A stretch of 63,366 nucleotides of DNA, counting the filler, from Choristocarpus tenellus KU-1152 (Eukaryota; Protista; Phaeophyceae): assembly GCA_964200185.2 (NCBI GenBank). It is 11 parts of 11 records of this genome, joined end to end, with 100 filler letters (N's around TTAATTAATTAA, not from the genome) between each part and the next. Parts side by side here need not be neighbours in the genome. Positions count along the whole stretch, not along the records: positions 1 to 2,979 come from CAXNAD020023201.1; positions 3,080 to 7,419 come from CAXNAD020015034.1; positions 7,520 to 13,493 come from CAXNAD020009273.1; 8 more parts are not named here. The stretch is one strand, 5' to 3'. The notes under the pieces were generated by a model, which worked only from the letters and a program-made list of their open reading frames with translations, made no database searches and was not told the origin of the DNA. Made by a program: the position numbers and the translations under genes. The number at the start of each line of letters is the position of its first letter. The stretch's first letter is position 1. Below are positions 1 through 13,400 of the stretch, in pieces.

Positions 1-168
1 GGGGGGGGGGGGGGGGGGTCTACACGAGGGTGTCCATTTAGGTCAAAATCAGGAAAAGTGTATTTACAGTATCCATCCGACGTATGCAACCAAATCACCA
101 AAAAATCGCGACATTAAAAAATTGCCCCCAAATGGACAGCTGCCACCCCCTCCCAGATACTTTGAGCC
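1..168 (+). mobile_element. MITE family A copy (5' end truncated by window)
   Basis: GGGGGTCTACACGAGGGTGTCCATTT...CCCTCCCAGATACTTTGAGCC; close to copies at 3080-3236 and 23868-24044. Confidence 0.8.
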
Positions 169-291
169 ATAAGAGAAGGAAGAGATTTCCCAACCTCATA
201 CATCGACTCCATGTTTTTCTTGGATAAATAAGAGTCTGTATCCCATTTTCCTTGCCCTAAATCCTACCACACCTATGCATCCTACTATGCT

Positions 292-2979
292 CTACCCTTG
301 CCTGACCAGGCTCTCCACAATCACCTCCACATCAAGTATCGAATAGATGAGACTGTTCCTCTCCTGTGCTTTCTCAGTTGAAAGTTTATTCTCCCCCCCT
401 TCACCCGCTAGGTCACACCCTTTCCTCAACCCAGAGGTCCTCTGCCTGTACCCCCTAAATTGGGACTGCACCACAGTGGCTGCCAGATCACGACCAAGTG
501 GGCTGGGCCCCCTAGCCCCGCTATCCCTCACCACTGCTGAGCTTGAATGACAGGCCTGAGAAAAAGCGTTGTCAAGGGTTCGTCTCCCACTACCATCCCC
601 TGTCCCATCCACTGCACCCACTCCTCCATCTTGGTCATGTCCATCAGTATCACCAACCCCTTCGAAGGTCACAGTGCAGGGCTCAGTACCTTCAACTCTA
701 GAGCGGATCGACTTTGGAGGGCCGGCAGGGCATGAGTCCAGAGAGATATGGGCTGCTGCAGCTTCAACCTGATTTGTTTATTGGCAGGACAGAATGTCAG
801 GACACCCATGTTGAGAGGTTGAGTTGTACGGAGATGGTTGTGGGATGGAAAGTGTAGGTCAAAGTTGGAGAACATGACCTGGGGTAATGGTTACATAGCA
901 AGTAGAGTAAAAAGTAGAACACGACCAGAAAGAGGAGAGGGTATACCTTGGTTGTGAGGATATGTTTTGCTTGTGCTTATGTTCATATCTAAAAGGTGCA
1001 ACGTGCAATGGATGCAGTGGGTTGAAAGAAACCTCTGCCTCAAAGTGCCTTGTGGTATTTTGTGTTGCTTTGAGCACCTCAAAGTAAATACTACTAGAAA
1101 CTCAGCACTCAATTCCAATCATGTTCTCCACAAAATATATCATACTTGTATTATCAGACAAGGGTTCCCATGTCTTCTGGCGAGAATGCCCTTCTACATA
1201 TTACACTACATTCCCCATGAAGTAGAGCTCTACTACATACATTAGAACAGAACAGTCGCTTCCTCTCCAAGGATGAGTTACTTCATATGTCGAATCACTA
1301 GGGATATCAGGAGCAAGATTATCATAGAAGGCAATCTCGACATTCCTCACCTTCGCAGAAGCAATCCTCTCAATCTCATTCACCCTCTCCCTGAAGGCCT
1401 TCTTCCTCTCATTCTCCTCCTCACCTTCTGCTGTCCGTAGTTTGACTTCCTCCTCCTCCCCCCCCAAACACTCCACTATCCTGCCAAGGTGACTAGAGTC
1501 TGATCTACCTTCGTTTAGGGTAGCACCTTGTCCCTTATGCATTTTTTCTCTAATATCCTCCACCCTGCCCCCCCCCCTCCGTGCATCTCCTACCGGCACA
1601 GCACACTCATTTTCCTCATCAACCAGTGTAAACCCTATATCCTGCAGGCCCTTTTTGAAGGTCAGCCGTGTCAACCGCCCTCGCTGCTCTGGGTCCAGCC
1701 GCCGGAAAGCTTCCCCCGGGAAACGACCACGTAGATTGGTATCACGGCACTTGACCCTCACCTTAGCCATAGCCCGCCGAGCTCCACTACCCCCACCATT
1801 CCCGCTACCACTACTAGGCAAGACACCCTTTTCAATATCTTCCCATCCTCCATCAGCAGCAAAGGCTGCAATTCGAGAGAGAGTCACTGGACCACCGCCA
1901 TCACCTTTTACATGGTTATATGCTGCTAACAGCTCCTCTGGGGAGGAATCTACGGCCTGAGATGATGTTAGAGCAGAAATGAAGACCTCCTCGGTTACAT
2001 GAGCCTCTAGATGCCCTGTACGGCCAACAGAAGGTGCAAAACATGTGGAAGGACTTTCGGAGTTGACAATTAAGTGAATGTAGAATGGGGTTTGGTTAAA
2101 TGGTTACGAGCTAGGAATGTGGGATAGGCTGATGGGGGGATTTATATTGGCATCAGAATAGAATAGAGATTATCTTGCCAAACCAGTAACACCATGCCAT
2201 TCATAAGCGCTTGGTTGAGAGAACCTACCTTCAATGCCAAGCACTGCTGCCAGGGTCTCTTCTGGTTGAAGGTTACTTGTCTCTAGGGTGAGAGCAAGAA
2301 ATTCTCTTGTCCGTTGCAGAGCAGCAAGAACTGCAGGTGGTGGATCGCACTGCCGGAGGAACTCAACATAGTTCACCTTTGCAAACATAGAAGGGTGGAT
2401 ACGCAGGGGTTGGCAAAGGGGACCCTGGTTGCTCGCTACTGTTGTTTGGATCTTGTCTTAGACGGGCAGGCAGATAGGGAGGAAAAGTAGGTGCAGAAAA
2501 TATGACAGATTGATCTGTGATCCAATCTTCTCTTGTGTGAGATTTAGAGCTTGGAGGAACAAAGCCCTTGGTGCTAGAATACGGTATCTGTTCATCCTAC
2601 TACTCACAATATTAGCACATTTGTCAAGGAGATGGTATTCACCAGTTAGATTCCACGGATGACGCCATGACCATGACAGAATGTGACTGCAATTCTTGAG
2701 GTTTTACCATTGTATTACTGCTATACTGCTACCCTTCGGAATCCACATTCATACCACTGAAATTTCTTGTGGAAGATTTTCCTCATCTCTTTTGCCTCCA
2801 CTTACGACCTTCTGCTGATTCCCAGGCCCTTCCTCATAGATAGAAACCATGCTCATCACAGTCCTTGAAATTGTTTCAGCTTTGACCGAGCGACCATCCC
2901 CTAACCCTAACTGCTCGCAACCCCCCCCCCCTACTACCTACCTGCCCGTCCTTTTCCGGAGAGAACCTGGTCATCAGCC
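292..2979 (-). CDS. Multi-EF-hand-like protein, partial; exons 2979-2942, 2376-2229, 2015-1351, 768-~292
   Basis: Phase-consistent GT-AG splicing gives LMTRFSPEKDGQ|VNYVEFLR (EF-hand loop), then EAFRRLDPEQRGRLTRLTFKKGL (degenerate EF-hand); 5' end lost at gap, 3' end uncertain. Confidence 0.7.
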
Positions 2980-3079
2980 NNNNNNNNNNNNNNNNNNNNN
3001 NNNNNNNNNNNNNNNNNNNNNNNTTAATTAATTAANNNNNNNNNNNNNNNNNNNNNNNNNNNNNNNNNNNNNNNNNNNN
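2980..3079. other. Artificial contig spacer N-TTAATTAATTAA-N (also ~7420, 13494, 19302, 22031, 27703, 35505, 45132, 53507, 59171)
   Basis: Identical ~100-nt spacer with a six-frame stop motif occurs 10 times. Confidence 0.97.
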
Positions 3080-3236
3080 GGGGTCTACACGAGGGTGTCC
3101 ATTTGGGTCATAACCAGGAAAAGTGCACTTACATTATCCATCCGACACATGCAACCAAATCACCCAAAAATCTCGACATAGAAAATATTGGTCCCAAATG
3201 GACAGCCGCCACCCCCCCCCCCAGATACGTTTGAGC
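3080..3236 (+). mobile_element. MITE family A copy (truncated at gap)
   Basis: Homologous to 1-168; ends CCCAGATACGTTTGAGCC. Confidence 0.8.
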
Positions 3237-4235
3237 CCAAATCATAATACACTCCATCGGTAGATCAAGTGGCAATGAGCAGAAACTCTCTTACAAACTC
3301 TGAAAAAACTAAATTACGAACCCTGAATGATCCAGAATAGTACTAGGGTAAGGGTGTAGAACTGAGCTACAGGTGCTTGAGAAATGAATGGACAATTGTG
3401 CGGGTCAAGGCGGTCAGTACTCACACCCCCTGATACCCCCACGGTTGGTTATTGGTCGATCCCACAACTAATTTCGTGGAATAAACTCAGGTAGGTACAA
3501 GCCCCATGACAACACAATAATCATTTCCACCATGTATACAATAGTTGTGCTGGTTGAGATATGCTTTCTTGCTCCTCCCCATCTACCGCACATTGATGGT
3601 GCTACTAAAGGGAAAAGGATAACTGTCTGCGTGCATGCTAATACATTTTGGAGCTAGGGTTGGGTTCAATTATCCGTTGTCGCTTTCTACACCAGTATCT
3701 GCAGTGTCATTGCCTGCTCCTACTTGTTGTGAGATAAACACTATCACCCAACACTATCACCCAATGCACCATTGCCTCCTCCTTCTGTGTTGCCGTTTGT
3801 CTGCATCCCCAACTGCAAGGGCGTCAACCCAACCAGCGTTGATTGGTGATGTATGTGAAAAAGAGTACCCCCTTTTTTATAGTGTTGTGCTACTAATTAT
3901 TGATTTGTCATTGTCGCCACCATAGTAGCACACAACACAACGCAACAACGGTGCAAATAAAACGAGGACAAAAAGTAGTCGTTAATGTTGAGCTGGATAG
4001 CAGTGATAACATTGATGTCATATTTGATAGCAGCTAGCTCCTAGATGGAACTGGTAGGCACAATAATGAAGTAGACCAGGCAGGTATTGATCTGGCATTC
4101 CTCTTTAAAATGATATATGCGACACTATATTAAGGTAGATTTTGGTGTAGGTATTACAAGGCTCCCTTTGCATTGGCCATAATACTTGGTGGGCGAAGAT
4201 AATTAATAGAACGGTTTAACTCGCTCCTTCATCAC

Positions 4236-4751
4236 CTTGCATTCGTTCTGAGCAATAGTCACCCAGTCGGGGATTCTCTCCTCATCATCATTTGGGCGTA
4301 GAAGGGAAGACTTCTTTAAAAATAACACAAACTCCTCCACTCCACCAATAGCCGTATTTTCGCCATCCACGAGTACAAGGTGTTTCGATGTATGCTGCCG
4401 AACGTTGCAGCAAGGGTGCGGTCGAGAGAACACCGAGTTGCGTCACATCAATTATCGTGGTGCGTTGAACAAAGGGAATAATGGCGAAACTTAGACCAAG
4501 ACTACATTTGCAAGCTTAACACATTCCTGCGAAGTTCCAGCTGGCCCAAGATTGACATAGATAAGTGAAGATACCTGAAATGCTTTTCCCCCTAGCTCCC
4601 TTTGTTTGTGGTTAAGGTATGCCTCCCACTGTGTCTCGAACATCAGAGTAGTTGTTACTTGAATCGACCCTGAAAGACTTGCGGCAACTGAACAACACCG
4701 ATGGAATTCGGGGTCTGAAACGCATCCTACGACTAACACGCTAGTTGTCAT
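4236..4751 (-). CDS. PPIL6/MDH1B-type N-terminal domain protein, 5' part; exons 4751-4575, 4394-4236
   Basis: VLVVGCVSDPEFHRC...ETQWEAYLNHKQRELGG...IGGVEEF resembles the PPIL6/MDH1B N-terminal domain; phase-0 GT-AG intron; downstream exons not found. Confidence 0.65.
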
Positions 4752-5212
4752 CTACGATGACAGATTGCTCTGCAACCTTATATTTGTATCCGAAAACTAA
4801 TACCCCGAGTAGAAGTTTTGTGATTCACGTTTGCTTTGATTCGGTTTCGTTTGGCCTCCCCACAATCTACAAAACTCCCAACTCGTATCAATACTCGTAT
4901 CATCGATCAGACAAAAACACCTTTAAAAAACTCATGGACAGCCTGGGTCCATGATGCAGTACATACAGACAATGATGTTAGTCGCAGCTACGAAGGTAGT
5001 AACTACGTTCTTCGTTTCGACGCTATCGTATGCCCTTCCCCCACCAAGACTTACTATCATACACATTTTCTACTTTTACGTACTTGGAACTTGAATAGAA
5101 GAAAGAAACCAATTCAATTTTCATCAGTTCCATTTCGCCTGGACACATTTTAGAAAACTTGAATACTCACATCATCAACCAGATAGTTCTCTGAAGTAAA
5201 ACACCAAAAAAA

Positions 5213-6217
5213 ATGACAGGCTCTTTCCATCGTGTAGTAGGCAAACTGGTGCTAGTAACCTCATGCTTTGTATCGAAGTTTACGAATGCCCTTCTTCCAC
5301 AATCAATAGGCCGACTGCCGCGAGGACAAAGATATGCAACATGTCTTCCAAGTCATATGGAACGCTATAGGTGTCAGAGATGGACAGTCGATTCTTCTCG
5401 ATGTAAATCTGACAGTGAAGATTTTAAGCGCCACGAGAATGAGAGGATTGGTCTTAGAGAGAAGCTAAGGAGATGGCTGAACCAAGATCTAGAGGCGACT
5501 TTCCAGATTTCCAACCGTCCTCAGCTCTACCGAGATGTCCTGGTGATATTTATAATGGCAATCGCCCAACAACTTGGTGCAACCCTGTTCGAGCCCAACT
5601 TCCCTGGATGGAGTGCCCCTCCAGACGCCCCACATCTTCTCGGAACTCTCAATAAGGGTAGGTAATGAACAGACTTTTCAATGTTATTGCGGGAGGGATA
5701 GACAGTCTTGAGACGGACACCTGGAACATGCCACATTTCTGCGCATCACATTGAAGTAAACAACAGTAGAGGTTAACGAGTCAGGTTGTACAGCATCAGT
5801 AGCTTTAAATTCTGAGACGGGTCATCATTTATCAAACAAGGTGTGTCACACATGGAAAACTTTAAATTGCACATCTTTCTGACTGTTCGACATGGATGTC
5901 CAATCCGAATTTCCTGCGCTTCACAACGCCACATTGGTGATCAAACCGATTGTCGTTGCTTCCCCCTTGTGTGAACAGGCTCTATCCTCTCAACCTGTTG
6001 GGTCGCCTCATCCATGTTAAACAACTCGTACAACAAAAATGAGAACGCAAGCACAAGCATGGCAACCACAGGGGCAACGTGGCTCTCTGCAAGCAATCTG
6101 TACCTTTTCACGACATTAATGGTCGCTGCAGCATTGCAACAACCAGTGCCAGTAACTGATCTTCTCGTGGACAGTTTACTGCTACTGATGGCAATATCGG
6201 CTTGCAGGGGACTGTGA
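5213..6217 (+). CDS. Putative plastid-targeted membrane protein (~227 aa); exons 5213-5657, 5979-6217
   Basis: Hydrophobic N-terminus ending TNA-LLP, then an R/S-rich transit-like segment; phase-1 intron joins LNK-G-SILSTCWV; several hydrophobic helices; stop at 6217. Confidence 0.65.
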
Positions 6218-7360
6218 AATACTTGATGTGCACACCAACAAAAGTAGGGGATATTGGTTGACAACATGGCTAGCCTGTGACTATGAGTGAATTGTGACCA
6301 CTGTGACTCAACATTGCTACAGCACGCTATCTACACTCCCCAAACACTCTTGTTGAGGAGGTGCTGTAGACAAGGACAAACATTCCTTACAGAAAATCAA
6401 TATTTCCTTTTTCAGCAGGAATGTGCTTGTAAGTGTACCTAACATGGATGTATGTGTATCTCTGTTCCTGCTTTATAATGTATAAAGGACTAGAGTGGCA
6501 GGGTTATACAGATGAAGATTATCCCTACTCTTGCTGTCTGCTATAGAAGATATAAAAATGTGTATTCATCAAAAATATGTAAACTGTTTGCCAGCGTAAA
6601 TAGCAAAGACCTATGCATACCAATTCCTTTCATGACCACAAGCTAAAGCATGTACAGCAGTTGTTGTTTCTATTCACCACCTCACACGAAAATGCCAGTC
6701 ACAAAAATCATTTGCATCTCCAGGTGCAAGATGTTATCAAAAGCATTTGAATATTTCTAGTATTGCACAACACTTTCTTCTGTCCAAGATGAAACCCATA
6801 GAAATGAAATCGTGGAGGACATCACCACAAGCACACGAACAGAGTGAATGGAAGATGAACAGGGATCTACGAAAATCTTGAGAATACACAACCTACACCT
6901 TAATCCACAAGCAAGACGGAAAAGAGTAGGACAATTCAGAGCAAGCTGCACCTCAACAATATAGTGCACACGATAGCAAATGCATCTTCAACGGGGGAGT
7001 GTCACTATCTACAGCACCTGTGGAGGACAATCACTAAATACTGGCAGGTGGTCAACCGTTGATGCGCTTGTCTTTGCCTCGACCAAGGCCCCGGGTTGAA
7101 GATCTAATCTTTGAGACCAAACGCTTATCCCCAGACGACACCACCTTTGTAGCCTTTATATTATGCGTGGGGAAGACATGAACATACTCGTTCCCAGCAA
7201 CCTGTTGATATAACGGCATAGAGAAAGAGACCCTCTCCAGGGTGTGATGATAAATAAATACATGGCAGAGTCGGAAAAACAAAACAGATTTAAGGATACA
7301 CTCTGCATCTAAAAATCATTACGCTAGTGGTAGATCCTTCACCGTATCCTCCTGTAAAAA

Positions 7361-7419
7361 GGCTCAAATTATCTGGGAGGGGGTGGTGGCTGTCCATTTG
7401 GAATCAATTTTTTCATGTC
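7361..7419 (-). mobile_element. MITE family A terminus (reverse orientation, truncated at gap)
   Basis: GGCTCAAATTATCTGGGAGGGGGTGGTGGCTGTCCATTTGG matches the reverse complement of the family end. Confidence 0.75.
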
Positions 7420-7959
7420 NNNNNNNNNNNNNNNNNNNNNNNNNNNNNNNNNNNNNNNNNNNNTTAATTAATTAANNNNNNNNNNNNNNNNNNNNNNNNN
7501 NNNNNNNNNNNNNNNNNNNGGGCGCCTGTAACACACAACCTGGTCAAGTTCACTTCAGCTACCAGCCTGGTGTCTCCAGATTGGAGAGCATGACGTACGT
7601 AGAAATTGCAACTTGTGCCATTGTAGACAAAATCTGTTGGGGTCATGCCTTCACCATGATTTTCTTGCAACCTTCCCCAACCAGCTCATCCAGAGTCCAA
7701 AGTAAACGAGAGGTACCCAGGTTTTGGTTTTGTATTCTAACCCATTTAGAAAACTTTTGCAATTTACCCATATTTCTATGGATGAAGAGGTAAGTTAGAC
7801 TTGAGAGGATTGATTTCTCTTTTATTTTGTTTGGAAGTTTCTACACGATTCAGAAAATATCCTATACCCATCGTACAACAAAAAAAGTATTCTGCACATA
7901 TTTGTTATTATCCTTGTATTACCTCTCATTCTACTTTGGGTCTATAGTGTTGGCAGCCG

Positions 7960-9402
7960 CCTCTAGGATCAGACTGGTCTTGATTTTTTTGAAAAGGTTG
8001 CCCAACGAGTTAAACAACAATCAGCATATCGGATGAAAGGTCTTGATCTAAGGTATGGATTTTTGGAAAGAAATTCTTTCGGAAAAATAATTTTGGTAAG
8101 GTTCAATATTAGCCGAATATTTTCGGTACAACCTTGAAAATGTTTCGGAATGAATTATCACGACCACAAATATTTTGTGGAAGTTTTTTTTGCGTAATTG
8201 ATAGCTTAGTTCAAGAGCTTTCATTTGATATGCTGATCGTTGATTAGCTCGTTAGGCAACCTTTTCAACAATATACACGTCAGAAACACTCCGACTCTAA
8301 TAGTCCGCCGAGAGTGGCTTAAACAGGATCAAGATCGGTAACCGCGAAAACGGTATGTGGGCGGACCTCGACTTGATCCTGTTTAAGCCACTCACAGGAC
8401 ACTGTGAGGCCCAATGAGCTCCGAGTTGTCACCTGATGACATTGACGTTGTGGTGCGGTCACTCCCTGATGGATTTGAGTTCGTCCGGAGCTGCCAGGAG
8501 ACCAGGCCCAAGAGATATCGGCTGAGGATTTCCGCTCGTCCACCAGGCAAGATGGGGGAGTATGTTGGACAAGTTATTAAGGGGACGAGACAGATTTTGC
8601 AAGAGAGAGGTTTGTTTATCCCGGGGATGACCAAGGACGGGGGCAAGGGCAGGAATAAGAGCATGAGCATGGCGTACGTTCTTGGGGAGCAGCTGGATTT
8701 CAAGGTGGTAGAACCGAGTCTTAAGATCCTGGTTGAGCGTCTTGGAGGACACTACTTCTTGATTCTTCCAAAGTACCACTATGAATTGAACCCGATAGAG
8801 ATGATCTGGGGACGGGTGAAGCACTATATATGAGGCCATTGTGACTACATGTTGCCTGGAATGAAAGCCAACATTCCTGTCAGTCTTAGGGAGGAATGGG
8901 GACTGTCCAGAGTAACTGTGGAGAGGTTCTTCAGGAGGATGAGTATTGCTTATCACCCTGATATACTCCAACGAGAAAGGCATGGAGTGCACCAAATTGG
9001 ACAGACAGGGTAGGGTGTACAAGACATTTAAGTTTCGTAGGAGGCCTGCATTTCAGAATACCTCATTTGACTTGGCATGGATTGTCTGGTTCAGAGACCG
9101 GACCCCCATGAATGAGCCTTAGCCAGCAGGTGACAACATCGCATAAACGGGAATTAATGGAAAGAGAATGGAGAGACAACAACGCCCATGTTCTCCGGTT
9201 GTTTGAAGATGACCTCTTTAGGTGTCAAAATCGTCGTAAAATGCGCGGTTCGCGCGCGGACTATTTGTTTTATGTATGTTTCTGTATTTCTCACGATTAC
9301 TGGAAGTTGACCAACGCAGATGCATCAAATAAGGTTGAGCATGCATGCTGATGCCATTACAACGAACGAATTTTCAAGAAAAAAAATGTTCTTGATCTAA
9401 AG
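7960..9402 (+). mobile_element. Decayed IS630/Tc1-mariner-superfamily DNA transposon
   Basis: Contains the transposase relic; ~64-bp inverted pair at ~7989-8053 and ~8205-8268; loosely complementary ends near 7960 and 9400. Confidence 0.55.
8340..9050 (+). pseudogene. DDE transposase pseudogene (IS630/Tc1-like)
   Basis: KGTRQILQERGL...LPKYHYELNPIEMIWGRVKHYI*GHCDY motif typical of the family; in-frame stops. Confidence 0.8.
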
Positions 9403-10155
9403 TTGTGGAGGACAGAAGTTGATGCAGGGACCCAACTGCAAACATATATACAGGAATTGCTCTGTCTTTGTGAGGAGGTGGTCCCACTTAATACAATGGC
9501 TCAAAAAGTTAAGAAGTTGGGGAACCTTTTCTTCATTCAATAATAGAATGCTCCCGACCATGTTGTGGATAAAGATAATAATCATCTCCTTCTCAGTACT
9601 TTTTGTCACGAAAACGAAGTTATTAACATTTTGTACTCCAAGGTAGTATTCATTTGTTGGGTTGTGGTTAAGGAGGTTTCTTGCTAGGGTAGGGGTATTG
9701 ATAGGTTGCATGGACATCTATTGTCCTCTATGTCAATTTGCTACAAGTAAACCAACCAACCTCCTAACTTCCTAGTTTTTGTTTGGCTAGAGTGAGGAAC
9801 AGGGAGGATTTACAGTGACCTCACTTGGAATCATACAGTGAACGAGTTTGCCCTTCGTGAGGAGACGCTCATCCATGCGTCTCCCTCAAGCAAACTTTGG
9901 TCGGGGAACACGTCCCACCTACAGCCAAAATGGAGGAGAGAAGATAGGGAACAAAAAGTGAGGCGTGGTCGTGATATGCCGGATAATCTATTGTGTTGTG
10001 TGTGGAAATAATATCTCAGTACTGCAGGGGAATAAATGTAAGGAGACACTATCAGCACAACACCTTCTCCCTGTCACCCTTACGTATTCTATGTGATTCT
10101 ATGTGTCAGTCAGAAAAGGGCATCTGCATGAGTTTAAGATTTTATCCTCCGCTTG

Positions 10156-10487
10156 TGACTCTCAATATCTCCCTCTGTAAAGGGACGGCACAATGGAGGA
10201 AAGAGGGGGCGGGCATCCGCTCTACAGTCAGTGGGGATCTTGGTGTTATTTCTTGGTAACTTTGTTTTGGTGATGATGCTATGCAGTTCAAAGGCGAGCA
10301 CAAAACCTAACTTGATCATGACTCACTCAGTATCTCCCTCTGTAAAGGGGCGAGCGACAGAATGGAGGAAAGAGGGGACGGATGTTCACTCTACAATCAG
10401 TGGGGATCTTGCTGTTGTTCTTTCTGGCTGGCTTTGTAATCGTGATGATGGTATTCAGTTCGACGGCAAGGACAAAACCTGGTTGGA
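10156..10487. repeat. Diverged tandem duplication, two units of ~165 bp
   Basis: TATCTCCCTCTGTAAAGGG...TGGAGGAAAGAGGGG...CAGTGGGGATCTTG...CAAAACCT present twice. Confidence 0.85.
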
Positions 10488-13400
10488 AGGCGCCGCATAG
10501 CGTAGAAGTCGCTCATAGTGGACCACAGACATCAGCAAACGGAGTCCCAGCCTGCCAGGCCGATGCTCTTGGGCTGACGTGGATGCTGGGAGGACCAAAT
10601 GACCCAGATGAGGTGTATGCCTCGGTTAGAGAGAAGGGGCCATGCGGATCAAGGGACCAGGCCATGTATCAAAGACGAACGGTGAGGACAAACCCTGTCT
10701 AGCAGGCCCACCAACCCCGAACCCCTCAACGCTCCTTGCCTGCAGACCTTTTCCTGTCATAAGCTGGTGTTAAGCACCTTCGAGACGGTGCCCACTTGCT
10801 GGGGCGCACTCCATATTTGTGCTTGATACTATGAAGCCGTCTGATCTTCCAGAGCCTATCAATTCCCTCCAAACTTAATTATAAGCCGTATATTCCCTCA
10901 GCCAGACGGTCCGTCGCTGATTCAAAGGTGAAGCCGTAAACCTTTTTGGTGGTCGAATGGTTACCACTCACATTGCTGTTGCTGTGAACTTCCAGAATTC
11001 CTGCAGTGTTGTAAGAAGATCTGTAGCTATACCACCACTTTCAGTTGTTCGGCAACCCCTATTTGATCTTGTGACTCCCCTCTGTTGTTCCTCTCCTCCT
11101 CAACACTGTCCTGGCTTCGACTCTTAACTAGCTCACTCTTTCCCCCCCTCCTGCGCCCTGACACTATTACCATGATTCCTTCAGGATTACCACTGGCTGG
11201 GGATTGGCATTCAGAAGGGGGGTACCACCACCCTGTTTGGACGGTTGTTTGGTCACCCTGCCTCATTCATGGGGGAAAAAGAGGTGCTTATCTCAGTCAT
11301 GCATGGTGGAGAGTGAGGAGGGTGGAAAAATGGCACAGGGATTGATCGACCAGTAAAATATGTTTTAACAGAAACAGTAGTACGGGCAGTGTGAATGCGA
11401 TTCTAGTTGTCCTGGCCAAGAGGCAAGGCAATGCGATCCACTTTTTTTTTCGTTGCCGAATTGCTGTGACTCAATCAAAAGGTGTCAAGATCGAGAAATA
11501 TTTTATTTGGTACAATAATCAAAATATTTCGGGGTTGAGAGCCGTTGATTTTGTACTAGCAACTGTAAAGTTTTTTTTTTAGCAGCAGCGGTGGCCACAC
11601 CTACATGGGCCCGTGCTCATCATGAGGTCCCAACAGTGTTCCACCCTTTTGCTTCAATTCTTCCACAAGTCTGATTATGGCCTCTGAAGCCCCCTAAAGA
11701 TTAATAGTCTCTTGTCTCAGGTAAGGCAGGAGATGGTGTACCAGGCAATGGGATAAAAAAATAAAATAATGAAATCACGTGCAAGGTGAGATTATCACTC
11801 CCTCCGGTGTGGGCCCTTGCCAGAAACTGGAGAGCCACTTTGTGCTCTGCGCGCGTGCTTTGATTCAATTGAATATATTTGATTTTTTTTGGGGGGAGTT
11901 CATTCGATACTTTAGTCTCATGTAGAGTTGTTTTTTTTGACGTATTTGTTTTGTATCCCTGAAATCAATTACTTGTCACTCAGGGCAGGGGGAAACAAGG
12001 GGACTTCTGTCGCCGATCCTCGGGCTCTGAGGGCTACCAATAGGCCCGGTGTATTTGAGAGAGAATAAATATGTAATGCGCTCGTGATTGGGTAGTGCAC
12101 TATCGAAGCCTCTCGTGATTGGGTAGTGCTTTTTTTTAATGCTTTCAGTGCCTCAAGTTGGTACTAAATTGTGTACTAGTAGGTGCGATCCTGTTGGAGG
12201 GCGTGTATAGAGGTGCGGCGAATTGTTTGCGAATTGAGAAGCTGCCATTATCATGAGAAGGCTTGCAACTTGAGTTATTATCACTCTCTTTGAGGTGGGT
12301 GGTTGGGCGGGGGTGGGTTGTGTGGAGAAGACCCTGCGCAATGCAGCATGTTGTTGTGGGCGGCATGTTTTTCCGACCCAAGGGGTAGGTATGTATGTGT
12401 GGTGTAGTAGATAATTTTGATCGAAAGAGAGAATAAGAGGGCATCTCAAGTAAAAACCCCCCTCCGCTTTCTTTCTCTTTTTGTAGGGTTAGGGCGTGGT
12501 GGCGATTTGGGAGGTGAAACTCACTTGGTGTGTAGTTGCATCAGGCGGAAAGCCTCTCTTCTGATGCCTGTCTGTATGACCTCTCCCTTGTGCGTAGGGG
12601 CACTTCAGTAACAACAAAAAAATATCGTTATTATAAGAAACGGTGTATATATAGATAATTGTCTTTTTTTTTCTTTTTTTTTCTTTCTTTCGAAGCTGTG
12701 CCATGGAAATGAATCGACTTGTGGAGAAAAGGCCTGATTGGGCATCTCTTCTTTCCCAAGACCATTTTTTAATTGTCAAAGTTCAGGAGGGGAGCATCGG
12801 GAGGTGGGGTAGGGGTGGGAATATGTTGCGCTATGTACGTGTTAGTTCCGATTAAGAAAAAACCCCGGAAAGCTAGGGTTTGTTATAGACGATGTGGTGT
12901 GACTTTTTGTGTTGTTGGGGGTCCCAGCTGTGCGTGGTTGGGTCGTGATCGAGGGCCTTCAGGCGTCATTGTGTTCATCCTACAGCCCCTTGAGATCAAG
13001 AAACGCCTGGAATATTTATTTTATTGGTCTTATCTTCTGCCCCATGTCCTTTGTCCATCCTGTGCGTCTGATTGTTTTCGCCCTGTCTCTGGACTTTGTT
13101 GCACTTGTGCTTGTGATTGGTCCTCTGCTCAAACCCCTTGTATTTGATTGGTTGGTTTTCGCCACTACTCTTGTTTGTGCGTATGAGTTCATGGACACCT
13201 TTGGGGGGGTGTAATTAAACTCGTTAATATTTTTTTGATATTTTTTGTGTGTTGTGACATGATGTTTTTTGCTTTTTAAACCCTTGAGCAGATGGGCTTC
13301 TTTTTAAGGGGTGAGCTGGACATGATGGACCCGGCTTCGGCCAGGAAGTTTTATGCTGAAGAGCATTGGTGGTACACGGAACAGGTTGATGTTGTGAGTA

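Noticed and set aside
2980-3079. Recurring TTAATTAATTAA motif as a biological element
   Set aside because: Always centred in fixed-length N runs; an assembly linker. Cross-linker gene neighbourhoods were therefore not interpreted
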